DNA from: a virus | IMG/VR virus record: IMGVR_UViG_3300024988_000005 | DNA: 43,740 nucleotides | Reading direction: 5' to 3' (one strand) | Shown here: positions 26,016 through 34,874 of the stretch, piece by piece | Numbering within the stretch: the stretch's first letter is position 1 | How the letters are laid out: every line of letters begins with the position of its first letter | Notes under the pieces: generated by a model | Told to the model about the DNA's origin: nothing | Databases searched by the model: none | The model's input: only the letters and a program-made list of their open reading frames with translations | Translations under genes and position numbers: made by a program

Positions 26016-26444
26016 TTACTGACCGGCCGACACGACACGCACCGCCCGCACGCAGGCCTTGCCGTAGCGGTCGTTGTGGCCGGCATCGCCGCGGTCGAAG
26101 GAGACGATCCACGCGCAGGACGGCGCCCACGAACACGGCGTGCTGGTCCAGTACCAGTCGCTCTTCGTGTCGGGGAACCGCACGGTGTCGATGGCCGGGT
26201 TGTGGCGTGTGAGGTCGAGGATCGATTCCAGCTCCATGCGCGTCGGCAGGCGCCAGCCTTCGCCGAGCGCGGCGCAAGCCTTTTCGGCGGCGGCGTAGTC
26301 CACGGACTTGCCATCACAGAGGGTGGCGCTCCATTCCAGCTTCGGAGGGAGCAGCGGCGCGGGCGCGGACACGGTGATGCCAGCGGCCGGGCTATCGATG
26401 CCGATGTCGACGGTTCCTTCGGGATGGATTTTCAGGGTGAGCAT
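26016..26444 (-). CDS. DGR target protein 2, DUF1566 / C-type-lectin-fold (142 aa)
   Basis: GWRLPTRMELE, WYWTST and ...ACVRAVRVVSAGQ. AGGAGAACCCC SD. The C-terminus is VR2. Paralogue of target 1. Confidence 0.8.
   Translation of the reverse strand: MLTLKIHPEGTVDIGIDSPAAGITVSAPAPLLPPKLEWSATLCDGKSVDYAAAEKACAALGEGWRLPTRMELESILDLTRHNPAIDTVRFPDTKSDWYWTSTPCSWAPSCAWIVSFDRGDAGHNDRYGKACVRAVRVVSAGQ
26022..26131 (-). repeat. DGR variable repeat VR2
   Basis: Collinear with the TR (offset 1049 nt). By manual alignment there are 12 substitutions, all opposite TR adenines and at a different set of positions and bases from VR1. Confidence 0.85.
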
Positions 26445-26453
26445 GGGGTTCTC

Positions 26454-26774
26454 CTATGGGGTATCGGGACGGCGCACGCGGGCGCCCTGTTTCAGTTCAT
26501 CGGTGCGCATCACGCTGACCACCTTGCAATCCAGCACCACCAGGGTGGCGCCGTCGGGCAGGTGCAGGTGGCCGGTGCCGATGCTGCGGATCAGCTCGGC
26601 GCGACCGTCGCTGATCAGCATGTCGCGCAGGCGCTCCACGTCGATCCGCATCACCCGCTCCATGTACCGGACCAGTGCGTGGTCGCTGATCAGGTGCTTC
26701 TCAGGTGACCGGAGCTTCTTCGGCGTCCAGGGCTTCGGGTAATCCTTCTTCGGCCAGGATTTGTGGTGGCTCAT
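26454..26774 (-). CDS. Hypothetical protein (106 aa)
   Basis: ATGA overlap with the upstream gene. Basic N-terminus. Function unknown. Confidence 0.5.
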   Translation of the reverse strand: MSHHKSWPKKDYPKPWTPKKLRSPEKHLISDHALVRYMERVMRIDVERLRDMLISDGRAELIRSIGTGHLHLPDGATLVVLDCKVVSVMRTDELKQGARVRRPDTP

Positions 26775-26980
26775 GCATCCACCTGTTGGCCGCGCCGCCG
26801 CTCGTCGAAGTGCCACCGTTCCTTGCCGTCGGCGTCGAGGATCTTCCAGGCGGTGGTGCTGGCGAGGATTCGGGCCATCGGCATGGCGGCCGCCTTCACC
26901 TCTTCGAACCGTGCTGCGTCGAAGACCATGGCCTTGCGCCAGCTGCCGGCCTGGTTGATGTGCAGGGTCAGGTCAGCCAT
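26771..26980 (-). CDS. Hypothetical protein (69 aa)
   Basis: Coupled small ORF that overlaps the upstream stop by 8 nt. Confidence 0.45.
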   Translation of the reverse strand: MADLTLHINQAGSWRKAMVFDAARFEEVKAAAMPMARILASTTAWKILDADGKERWHFDERRRGQQVDA

Positions 26981-27266
26981 GGGCCACCTCCCGCGCCGCC
27001 GGCAGCAGGCGGTCGGTGCGCAGGAAGATGCCTTGCTCGTCCAGTAGCGAGCGGGTGGCTTCGATGAAGGCCGGGAGATCGCCGCGAACGGCGGCCATGC
27101 GGATCTGCTCCACCACCGGCGTTTCGTTGCCGAAGCCAGGAGGGGCTTCGTCGGCGATTTTCTGGCCGCTTTTCACTCGGACCAGGCCGAGTTCCTTCAG
27201 GTCGGCATCGTCGAGATCTTCAACGACCTCTTCCAAGTCGACATCTACATAGATCGAGCGATACAT
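26973..27266 (-). CDS. Hypothetical acidic protein (97 aa)
   Basis: TAGGAGCACTGCC precedes the ATG directly after the primase stop. Confidence 0.5.
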   Translation of the reverse strand: MYRSIYVDVDLEEVVEDLDDADLKELGLVRVKSGQKIADEAPPGFGNETPVVEQIRMAAVRGDLPAFIEATRSLLDEQGIFLRTDRLLPAAREVAHG

Positions 27267-27276
27267 GGCAGTGCTC

Positions 27277-30027
27277 CTACTCGTTGGCGGCGCGGGCCCA
27301 CTCCGGCATCTGCGTGCCGGTGGGCTCGTCGGGTTGGCTGATGTACAGGCCGTACTCGGCCAGCTTGCGCAGGCTGAGGGCGGTGAGGTGGGCGTGGCGG
27401 CGATGGCCGATGCGGCGGTCGAGCTCGTCCTTCTCGATCACGCCGGCGTGGTCCAACTGGCGCTTGAAGATGCGGCCGCTCTTCACCGGCAGGCCGTTCC
27501 ACATATCGCGCAGGCGGTTGGTGGTGCTGATGTGATCCATCACATGCTGCGGGCGCAGGATGATCACTTCCTCGCCGCTGTCGAGCACGTCAAAGGCGTA
27601 CGGGTGCAGGAACTGGTGGCTCTCGATCTCGCTGAAGGCGGTTTCGAGGATCCACACCCATGGCTCGCGGTCGCCGCTGGTCTCGGCGATGTGCTTGTTC
27701 ATCTCGGCGCGTAGGTCGCGCAGGAAGTCGCCGGTCTCGCGGGCCATGCCGGCGAACTCGCACAGCAGCGCCCAGGCCAGGGCGATGGAGCCGTAGTTGC
27801 GCACCATGCGGCTGGCGCCGGTGTCGCCGGGTCGCGCGCGGCAGCCGTCCCAGCACCACTGCTCCCATTCGGCCAGGCGCGACTGCACCTGCTCGCGGGT
27901 CAGGCTGGCGAGGAACTGCAGCCACTGCCGCACCGGGAAGCGCGGGATGCCTTCCGGCATCAGCGGGCCCTTGCGGCCGGTGAGGTCGGCGCGGATCACC
28001 TTGCCGGTGAGGCTGCGCACCGGCACGTCCTCGCCGGCCAGCAGCACCGGCGCGCTGATCAGGAACTCGGTGAGGTCGCTGCCGCGGCGGGTCAGGGTGA
28101 ACTGGTAGCTTTCCTGCAGCATCGCCACGGCCACGTTGATCACGTCCTGCCGGCGGGCCGAGATTTCCTCCCAGCCCACCGGGTGGCTGGTGTGGCACGC
28201 GCTGGTGAGCAGGCGGAACTCGGTCTGCAGGCTCTGGCCGCCGAACATCGTCATGCCGATGCTGCGTTCCAGGCGCTTGATCAGGGTGCTCTTGCCGCTG
28301 CCCTTGTCGGCCTGCACGATCATGTGCGGCCAGAAGCCGAGGAAGGCCTTCAGGTGGCCTCCCAGCGACCAGGTGAGCAACTGGGCGGCGGCGTTCTCGC
28401 GGAAGGTGGCCTGGTAGGCCTCGATCACGCGCCGGGCGTCGCGGGCCTGCCCGCTGGGGAAGCTGAGCGCGCTGTACGGGCACTGCTTCTCCGGCTCGGT
28501 GAAGTAGCAGTCCGGCCCCTCGTTCACCACTGGCTTGCCCTGGCGCCAGGCGAGGCCCACGAAGTTCAGCGCATCGCGGGCGCCGCACTCGGCGCTGCGC
28601 TCCAGCACGGTGATCATGCGGGCGAAGCGGTTGGGGTTGAACACCGGGCCGAACTTCTTCCAGTAGTCGATGTTGTACAGGCGCTCGTCGTTGAGCACGC
28701 GGCGCATCAGCTGGGCGCCGTGGCGCGCCGTCTGCACGCTCACCGCGAACACGGTGTTGGGCTGGGCGTCTTCCTCGCCGCTCATGGTGGCGGTGGCGCT
28801 CTGGATGGTCACGCGGCTCAGCGAGGCCACGCGGAAGCCGGCCAGGTCGTCGATCACCGGCAGGTCTTCGCCGCCATCCTCGTTCTTCTCCAGCTTGCTG
28901 ACGAAGCTGGTGAAGTCGAGCTTGGCGCGGAACCGCCAGTACACGGCAAAGTCGTGGCCGGGCAGGTAGACGCGCTGGATGCCCTTCGGGCCGTCGCGAC
29001 CGGCCAGGCCGGGTATCACCCAGGGTTCATGGGTTTCCAGCATGGTGCGCAGCTGGTCCAGGCCGGCGCGTTCGGCGATGTCGGCCGCGTCGTTGTAGCC
29101 CAGCTCGTACCATTCCTTCTGGTCCACCATGATCGCGCCGATGTTCAGCGCGGTCAGCGCGTCGTACAGCGCCCAGGCCGCCTTCGCGCCCGGGCGCACG
29201 CCCTTGTCGTCGGGCTCGTCGGCGTCCATGCAGATCACCACCTGCTTGCCGACCAGGAAGCGCCAGTCGATGTTGCTGGCGTTGCCGGTGCCGCGCAGCG
29301 CGATCGCCGCGCTCATCTTCAGGCCGCAGGATTCGGTGACCAGCGCGTTGATGGCGCTCTCGAAGATGTACACGCGGCGGGCGCGCTGCACGTGCTGGCG
29401 GTCCACGAACCAGGGCTGGCCATCCTTCTGGCCCAGGCTCTTGGTCTTCACCCCGCCGTTGAGCGAAGGGTCCAGGTAGCGGAAGTCCACCGCCTGCACC
29501 TGCATGTTCGCGTAGTCGCGGCACACGAATGCCACCGCCGGGCCACCATGGCCCACCACGCCCTCGGCGATGCTGTTGCTGGTCCAGGTGTTGAAGCCCA
29601 CCGCGCCGCGCTTGAGCGCCCACTCCACGGTTTCCTGCTTCACGCCGCGCTTAACCAGGTATGGCACGGCTAGCTGCGCCTGCACCTTGCACTGGTCAGC
29701 CAGGTATTCCTCGCGGCTGCGCTCGGGGCGCGGCTGGGTGTTGTCCGGCTTGTCGAAGGGGATGCTGTAGAGCTCATGCAGCCGGCGCATGGCGTCCGGC
29801 ACGTTGTCGATTTCCTCCACGAAGCGGACCAGGCTGATGCAGTCGCCGCCGTTCTCGCTGCTGAAATCCTTCCAGGCCTTGCCCGCGTCGAAGATCGAGA
29901 TGCTGGGGTTCTTGTCCGCGTGGTGCGGGCTCTTGTAATTGCCGGTTCCGCCCGGCCGTTCCAGGCCGAGTTTCTCAGCCAGATCGTGCAGGTCGATCCG
30001 CTGTTTGAGTTCGCGTATGGATGCCAT
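27277..30027 (-). CDS. Bifunctional DNA primase / P-loop helicase-like replication protein (916 aa)
   Basis: N-terminal primase-finger-like segment (KSPHHADKNPSISIF...GGDCISLV). Toprim motifs (IFESAINAL; ICMDADEPD). Walker A (DKGSGKST) in the C-terminal half. Confidence 0.7.
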   Translation of the reverse strand: MASIRELKQRIDLHDLAEKLGLERPGGTGNYKSPHHADKNPSISIFDAGKAWKDFSSENGGDCISLVRFVEEIDNVPDAMRRLHELYSIPFDKPDNTQPRPERSREEYLADQCKVQAQLAVPYLVKRGVKQETVEWALKRGAVGFNTWTSNSIAEGVVGHGGPAVAFVCRDYANMQVQAVDFRYLDPSLNGGVKTKSLGQKDGQPWFVDRQHVQRARRVYIFESAINALVTESCGLKMSAAIALRGTGNASNIDWRFLVGKQVVICMDADEPDDKGVRPGAKAAWALYDALTALNIGAIMVDQKEWYELGYNDAADIAERAGLDQLRTMLETHEPWVIPGLAGRDGPKGIQRVYLPGHDFAVYWRFRAKLDFTSFVSKLEKNEDGGEDLPVIDDLAGFRVASLSRVTIQSATATMSGEEDAQPNTVFAVSVQTARHGAQLMRRVLNDERLYNIDYWKKFGPVFNPNRFARMITVLERSAECGARDALNFVGLAWRQGKPVVNEGPDCYFTEPEKQCPYSALSFPSGQARDARRVIEAYQATFRENAAAQLLTWSLGGHLKAFLGFWPHMIVQADKGSGKSTLIKRLERSIGMTMFGGQSLQTEFRLLTSACHTSHPVGWEEISARRQDVINVAVAMLQESYQFTLTRRGSDLTEFLISAPVLLAGEDVPVRSLTGKVIRADLTGRKGPLMPEGIPRFPVRQWLQFLASLTREQVQSRLAEWEQWCWDGCRARPGDTGASRMVRNYGSIALAWALLCEFAGMARETGDFLRDLRAEMNKHIAETSGDREPWVWILETAFSEIESHQFLHPYAFDVLDSGEEVIILRPQHVMDHISTTNRLRDMWNGLPVKSGRIFKRQLDHAGVIEKDELDRRIGHRRHAHLTALSLRKLAEYGLYISQPDEPTGTQMPEWARAANE

Positions 30028-30099
30028 GGTTCCTGCTATGCGGGTGAAGATGGTCGAGGCCGCACAACGGTGCGCAGCCGGCGAAGAGGTTGGATCTGG

Positions 30100-30357
30100 T
30101 TACCGCGGGTGTTCGGTGACGCTGTCGGCGGGAGCCCACCGCTTTCCGGCTGGGCCGCACAGCTCGCCCATGCGGCGGGCGGCGTCGCAGTCCCAGCCTA
30201 GGAATTCGCCGCCGCGCTCATCGCGCTCGCGTTCGTCTTCTGGATCGTGCTTACACGCGTAATAGAGCGTGCACAGGTGGATACCCCGGCCGATCAGCGA
30301 TGCACCACGTTCCAGGTGATGGAAGCGGCAGTCGGTGCAGGCGCGCATTTCAGTCAT
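30100..30357 (-). CDS. Hypothetical Cys-rich protein (85 aa)
   Basis: Coupled ORF that overlaps the upstream stop by 8 nt. Confidence 0.45.
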   Translation of the reverse strand: MTEMRACTDCRFHHLERGASLIGRGIHLCTLYYACKHDPEDERERDERGGEFLGWDCDAARRMGELCGPAGKRWAPADSVTEHPR

Positions 30358-30730
30358 GGCCAGCCACCGTTTTCTCGCTCTCGGCCATCTCCTCGACTTC
30401 GAGGTACTCAGCCGACATGTCGGGAATTTCGTGGTCGAGGATCTCGATGCCGAGCTTTTCGGTCGGGATGCACCAGCCTTCCTGCTTGTGCAGTTCCTGC
30501 ACTGCCCAGTCGGCATTCCAGCCGTCCAGCAGTGTTTCCCAAAGCCGCGGCGCGGCATAGCGGGCAACCGCCTGGTATTCGTCCCCATCGGAAGCGTCCA
30601 GCACTTCATCTTTTGAAGCCCAGAACCGGCTGATCTCTCCAGCCCATTTCGGCGTGAGGATGTCTGTGTCGATGGATAGAAGAATCGACAGGTCCATGCC
30701 TGCGGACAGGGAAAAAATGCGCTTAGCCAT
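30350..30730 (-). CDS. Hypothetical acidic protein (126 aa)
   Basis: GGAG lies 9 nt upstream of the ATG at 30730. Confidence 0.5.
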   Translation of the reverse strand: MAKRIFSLSAGMDLSILLSIDTDILTPKWAGEISRFWASKDEVLDASDGDEYQAVARYAAPRLWETLLDGWNADWAVQELHKQEGWCIPTEKLGIEILDHEIPDMSAEYLEVEEMAESEKTVAGHD

Positions 30731-30744
30731 GGGTTTTCTCCGTT

Positions 30745-31071
30745 TCAATCGACATCGCAATTTCCCCGGATCGTGGTCACCTGCGGAATGCCGCGCTGCC
30801 ACTTCGCGCAGGCCGGTGAGCGCAACACCACGTCGGTGGCGCGGCCGGCGGTCCATTGGCCGACCAGCAACTGGCACTTGTAGTAGCGGCGGTCGGCACG
30901 GCTCACGCGCAGCCGGCAGTGCGCGCAGGTGTTGCAGGTTTCGCCCGCCGGTCCGGTGCCCGGCTTGGCGGCGTAGCCCTGGGCGGCACCGCCGCGCGAG
31001 CGCCGTTCCACCTTGGCGCGCTCCGGCTTGCCGCTGAACAGTCCGGACTGCTGGATGGCGGCCATGGTCAT
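30745..31071 (-). CDS. Hypothetical Cys-containing protein (108 aa)
   Basis: ATGA overlap with the upstream gene. Contains a CNTCAHC...C cluster. Confidence 0.5.
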   Translation of the reverse strand: MTMAAIQQSGLFSGKPERAKVERRSRGGAAQGYAAKPGTGPAGETCNTCAHCRLRVSRADRRYYKCQLLVGQWTAGRATDVVLRSPACAKWQRGIPQVTTIRGNCDVD

Positions 31072-31748
31072 GCCTCCAGCGCCTGCAAGGCGGCATCGAC
31101 GGCGAGCTTCGCCTGCTGCAGGGCAGTGCGGACGGCGCCGAGGTTGGTGGAGAGGGGCAGGTTGATGGATGCGGCGGCCGCCGGCGAGGCAGGCGCGACC
31201 GCCGGCGTCGGCGCGCCCTGATCCACCCGCTGCCAGCCAGCGTTCGAGGTGGTGCCGCTGCGCACCACGTCGCCCTTCTTGCGCAGCGCCTGCAACGCCA
31301 TCACCACCTGGGTAGTGGTCAGCGGCGGCGAGATGCGCGACTCGATCACGGTGCGGCGCACCGGCGGCGCGCCGGGCACCAGGGCGGCCAGCACGCGGGC
31401 GGATACGCCGGTTTCATAGCGGTGGGCGGCGCGGGCAACGTTCGGGGCGGTTTTCGGCGCTACCACGGTGCCTGGTGCAAACGTCCCCACCGCCGGCTGT
31501 TGCATGGCGGTTGGTGCCGATGCCTTGGGCCCCGCAAGTGGCGTCAGCGGCGAGTAGCGCAGCACGCCATCGCCGTGGTGCACGCGCTTCACCTGCTGGT
31601 GGCGCACCATGCCGGTGAGCGTGCTGCGCAGGCGGTCCGGCACCACATCGCCGGGTTCGAGCATGCCCAGGGCATGGGCCAGCTCCACCACGGTGCAGGG
31701 TTCGTTGCAGTTGTACAGGTGTCGAAGGATCGGCCCTTGGAGTTCCAT
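31068..31748 (-). CDS. Hypothetical protein with two winged-helix-like segments (226 aa)
   Basis: GGAGGACTGAGC precedes the ATG at 31748. Possibly DNA-binding or a replication accessory protein, assigned by position only. Confidence 0.4.
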   Translation of the reverse strand: MELQGPILRHLYNCNEPCTVVELAHALGMLEPGDVVPDRLRSTLTGMVRHQQVKRVHHGDGVLRYSPLTPLAGPKASAPTAMQQPAVGTFAPGTVVAPKTAPNVARAAHRYETGVSARVLAALVPGAPPVRRTVIESRISPPLTTTQVVMALQALRKKGDVVRSGTTSNAGWQRVDQGAPTPAVAPASPAAAASINLPLSTNLGAVRTALQQAKLAVDAALQALEA

Positions 31749-31750
31749 GC

Positions 31751-32380
31751 TCAGTCCTCCCCCACGCCGTCCGGCACGCCCAGGTATTCCCGCCAGTGCA
31801 CCTTGCGGCGCCCTACCAGGAAGCCCCAGTGCTGCACCTTCGGCCCCGTGCAGAACAGCGTCCACGCGGTCTGTCCTTCCGGCAGTTCCAGCCGATGCCA
31901 GCTGCCGGCGCGGCGCAGCAACACGCTGCCCGGGCCATGCCAGCGGCGCCGCTCATAGCTCACCACCTGATCGATGAACACCGGGCGCACTTCCCAGTAG
32001 CCGCCGCGCAGGATGACGGTGAGGTAAGGCCACGGGTGGTCGTGGAAGTGCCTGTCGTCGTCGCTGCGCAGGATGTGGTGCACCCGCGCGCCGACCAGTG
32101 GGTATGTACCGCTCTGGCCACCGCCGCGGCGCCCGATGCGGATGAACCAGTAGCGCTCCATGTAGCCAGCCAGGTGCACATACGGCGTGCGCATGGCGCG
32201 GCGGATGATCCAGCCTGGCATGTTGTCTATCGCCGCATTCGTGGCATCGGCCAGCAGGATCAGGCAGAGCAGCAGCACGAAGCAGAACAGGGTCGCCAAC
32301 GTCTCGAACCCGTGCCTGTACAGCAGGTCGACATCGTGGATGCAGATCACGACCAGCACGAAAAAGAAGAGGATGCGCAC
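31751..32380 (-). CDS. Membrane-anchored hypothetical protein (209 aa, GTG start)
   Basis: GGAGG lies 8-10 nt upstream of the GTG at 32380. Two N-terminal hydrophobic helices and a His-rich HFHDHPW segment. Confidence 0.45.
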   Translation of the reverse strand: MRILFFFVLVVICIHDVDLLYRHGFETLATLFCFVLLLCLILLADATNAAIDNMPGWIIRRAMRTPYVHLAGYMERYWFIRIGRRGGGQSGTYPLVGARVHHILRSDDDRHFHDHPWPYLTVILRGGYWEVRPVFIDQVVSYERRRWHGPGSVLLRRAGSWHRLELPEGQTAWTLFCTGPKVQHWGFLVGRRKVHWREYLGVPDGVGED

Positions 32381-32384
32381 GGCT

Positions 32385-32849
32385 TCAACCTCCGAACGTG
32401 AGCAGCGGCACGTTGCCGCCGGTGGCATAGGCCTCGCGCACGCGCGGCAGCGCCTGCTCGCCCACGGTCTGGCCGTTGGGCAGCACGATGTGCGCGAGGA
32501 ACTCGTCTTCGAACGTGGTGATGCCGGACTCCACCGCCTCCAGCTTCGCCTTCACCACCAGCGACAGCGCGCGCCACTTCTGGCGGCAGGCCTGCTCCCA
32601 GGCCTCATAGGCCTGCGCAGGCGTGCGCTTCTGGTTGCGGGCCGGCGTATGGGTGAACTCGCGGCTGGCCGGGTCGGGCATCGGCAGGTGGAAGCGCACC
32701 GTCCAGCCGTTGCAGCTGAAGCCGAGCACGGCCGCCTCGCGGCTGGTGGTGTAGCCGAAGCGGTCGGCGCCGTAGCGCTGCAAGGTGCGTTCGATCTCGG
32801 CGCGCGAGCGCTCGCTGCTCACGTCGGTGTTGCTGGCGTAGCGGATCAT
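32385..32849 (-). CDS. Hypothetical protein (154 aa)
   Basis: ATGA overlap with the upstream gene. Confidence 0.5.
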   Translation of the reverse strand: MIRYASNTDVSSERSRAEIERTLQRYGADRFGYTTSREAAVLGFSCNGWTVRFHLPMPDPASREFTHTPARNQKRTPAQAYEAWEQACRQKWRALSLVVKAKLEAVESGITTFEDEFLAHIVLPNGQTVGEQALPRVREAYATGGNVPLLTFGG

Positions 32850-33124
32850 CCGATCGCCCTCTTGATGTAGTCCAGCGACACCGATGGGCGAACCGGGCCG
32901 AACACGGCTTCGAGCTCGCGCACGTCCGGGTTGGTCCTCAGGCCCTGCAGGTACTCGGCGGTGGCGGGATCGTTGGCCTGCATCCACGTCCACAGCGCGC
33001 GCTTGCGCTCCGGCTTCAGGTCAGCCAGCGCCACCATCTCCGGCGGCGGCACGGGCCGCTCGATCACCTGGCCGGGTTTCAGGTAGCTGCGATAGCCGCG
33101 GGTCTCTTCCTGCTTGGCGGCCAT
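32846..33124 (-). CDS. Hypothetical protein (92 aa)
   Basis: TGATG overlap with the upstream small ORF. Confidence 0.5.
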   Translation of the reverse strand: MAAKQEETRGYRSYLKPGQVIERPVPPPEMVALADLKPERKRALWTWMQANDPATAEYLQGLRTNPDVRELEAVFGPVRPSVSLDYIKRAIG

Positions 33125-33294
33125 CAGCGCACCGCCTTCGCCGGCTTGGCGCAGCATGGTCCGGTGTAGATCGCGCCACCCACCGGTGTGCGCTTCACCT
33201 TCATCTGCGCCACCGGCCAGCGGCGGCCGCATTTGTAGCAGCAGCGCTTGGGCTGGGGAGTGGCGGCGGGGATGTCGCGGGCGACGGCATTCAT
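33124..33294 (-). CDS. Small zinc-ribbon-like protein (56 aa; not in the supplied ORF track)
   Basis: My translation is MNAVARDIPAATPQPKRCCYKCGRRWPVAQMKVKRTPVGGAIYTGPCCAKPAKAVR. ATGA overlap upstream and TGATG overlap downstream. Confidence 0.45.
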   Translation of the reverse strand: MNAVARDIPAATPQPKRCCYKCGRRWPVAQMKVKRTPVGGAIYTGPCCAKPAKAVR

Positions 33295-33557
33295 GCGGCA
33301 CCGCCTACACGTGCGACGGCCATCACCACGCGATCGCGCATGGCATTGCGCGGATCATCGATGCGGAACTCGACGTGCTGCAGGAGCTGCTCCGTAGCCT
33401 CGGTCAGCTCGTCCACGGCGGTGGCCACGTCACGCACGGATTGAGCGCGCTTTTCCATGAGGATCGCGAACTCAGAGTTGGTGCAGCCATCGGCGATGCC
33501 CTGCAAGCCATCGGCGATTTGCGACAGCACCGCCTTGACGTCGATGCACCCGCTCAT
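33291..33557 (-). CDS. Hypothetical helical protein (88 aa)
   Basis: ATGA overlap with the recombinase stop. Confidence 0.5.
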   Translation of the reverse strand: MSGCIDVKAVLSQIADGLQGIADGCTNSEFAILMEKRAQSVRDVATAVDELTEATEQLLQHVEFRIDDPRNAMRDRVVMAVARVGGAA

Positions 33558-34171
33558 CGCGCCAGCTCCAGCGCATCCTCGACCGTCTCGCGGTCGGGCA
33601 GCGTGTAGATCACCGTGCTCTCGCGGCTGCGCTGGCCCAGCACCACCTGCACGATGCCCTGCGGGTCGCGCGCCTCGCTGCGAGCCATTACGCGCTTGGC
33701 CAGGGTATGGCGCAGCCAGTGCGGGCTGGCAGACACCTGAAGGCCGGCCTCGGCCACCCACATGGCCATGCGCGCCTGGTAGCTGCGCACGGACATGCCA
33801 CGGTGGTTGCGGCTCATTACCAGCGGCTGGTCGGGGTGGGCGCCATAGCCCATGTCGGCGCGGATCTTCACCAGGGCTTTCAGGCTGGCCATGGCGCGGG
33901 TATTCAGCGGCACTTCGTAGCCGCGGCGGCCCTTGGCGTGCTCGTCGACCAGGTGCAGACGCTTGCGGCGCAGCGCGGCCTGGGCATGGCCCAGCGTGAC
34001 GCCGGCCATGCTGCCAATGCGGATGCCGGTCTGCCGCAGCAGATCCATCCATTCCGCGTCGCGGCGCGCCAGCACGTCGGCGAACTGCCGCACGTGCTTC
34101 ATCAGCTGCTTTTCTTCTGCCTCGGTGAGGTAGCGCTCGAACACGGCGCGCTGGGTGATGGCGTTCAGCAT
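33554..34171 (-). CDS. Mini tyrosine recombinase, catalytic domain only (205 aa)
   Basis: TGIRIGS (Arg I), HWLRHT (H-x-x-R) and ...STVIYT (Tyr) in the correct order. GGAGGTGGCGAA precedes the ATG at 34171. Confidence 0.65.
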   Translation of the reverse strand: MLNAITQRAVFERYLTEAEEKQLMKHVRQFADVLARRDAEWMDLLRQTGIRIGSMAGVTLGHAQAALRRKRLHLVDEHAKGRRGYEVPLNTRAMASLKALVKIRADMGYGAHPDQPLVMSRNHRGMSVRSYQARMAMWVAEAGLQVSASPHWLRHTLAKRVMARSEARDPQGIVQVVLGQRSRESTVIYTLPDRETVEDALELAR

Positions 34172-34590
34172 TTCGCCACCTCCGCGCCGGCTGCGTTGAG
34201 CAACTGGGTGCGCTGCCACTGGCGGGCCTCGCACAGCGCGGCGACCAGCAGGCTGGCCGTGCCGATGTGCACGCGCAGGTGGGCGGCACCGCTGATGATC
34301 CACAACAGGCTGTCGGTGACCAGGTTGCCGCGGTCACGCAGCTCCTGCAGGTTGATCTGCAGTTCCTCGCCGCTGTCCAGGTGCAGCGGCGGACGCACGC
34401 GATCGCCGCCGTCTGACAACGTCATGACGCGGGCGATCTCCTCGATCACCTGGTCGCGGTCGACGTTCTCCACCTGCCACACGAACGGGCCGGTGCTGAT
34501 GCACGTCATCGGCTGGCCCGGGTGCACGATCACCTCGATGTTGCCGTCGACGCTGTCGATCTGGCGCAGGAACAGTTCTTCGATGCTCAC
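34165..34590 (-). CDS. Hypothetical protein (141 aa, GTG start)
   Basis: GTGA overlap with the upstream stop. Confidence 0.45.
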   Translation of the reverse strand: MSIEELFLRQIDSVDGNIEVIVHPGQPMTCISTGPFVWQVENVDRDQVIEEIARVMTLSDGGDRVRPPLHLDSGEELQINLQELRDRGNLVTDSLLWIISGAAHLRVHIGTASLLVAALCEARQWQRTQLLNAAGAEVAKC

Positions 34591-34874
34591 GGTGTGACCT
34601 CGCTGGCAGGCGATGACGCGGGGAAGGTGTCGGGCGTGGACAGCCGCAGGTCGACCATCTGCAGCAGCTGCTCCACCTCGTTTTCCGGGGTGACCAGGCG
34701 ACGCGCGGCGGAGCGCTTCTTGGCGTCGATGCGGGCGCGCAGGATGGCGAACTGCAGGTCGGTGACCAACTGGTCCGCCGCCCCGATGTCGAGCGTGTGG
34801 GTGTTGCTGCCGACGCAGATCGCCGGCGCACCCATGCCCGGGATGTATTCCACGGTGATCGGAAGCGTGCTCAT
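34587..34874 (-). CDS. Hypothetical protein (95 aa)
   Basis: ATGA overlap with the upstream stop. Confidence 0.45.
   Translation of the reverse strand: MSTLPITVEYIPGMGAPAICVGSNTHTLDIGAADQLVTDLQFAILRARIDAKKRSAARRLVTPENEVEQLLQMVDLRLSTPDTFPASSPASEVTP

Noticed and set aside
25597-26277. 226-aa version of DGR target 1 whose N-terminal extension runs across VR2 in another frame.
   Set aside because: The extension is Arg/Pro-rich nonsense that overlaps the 3' end of target 2. A strong AGGAG SD precedes the internal ATG at 25983, and the DUF1566 domain starts there.
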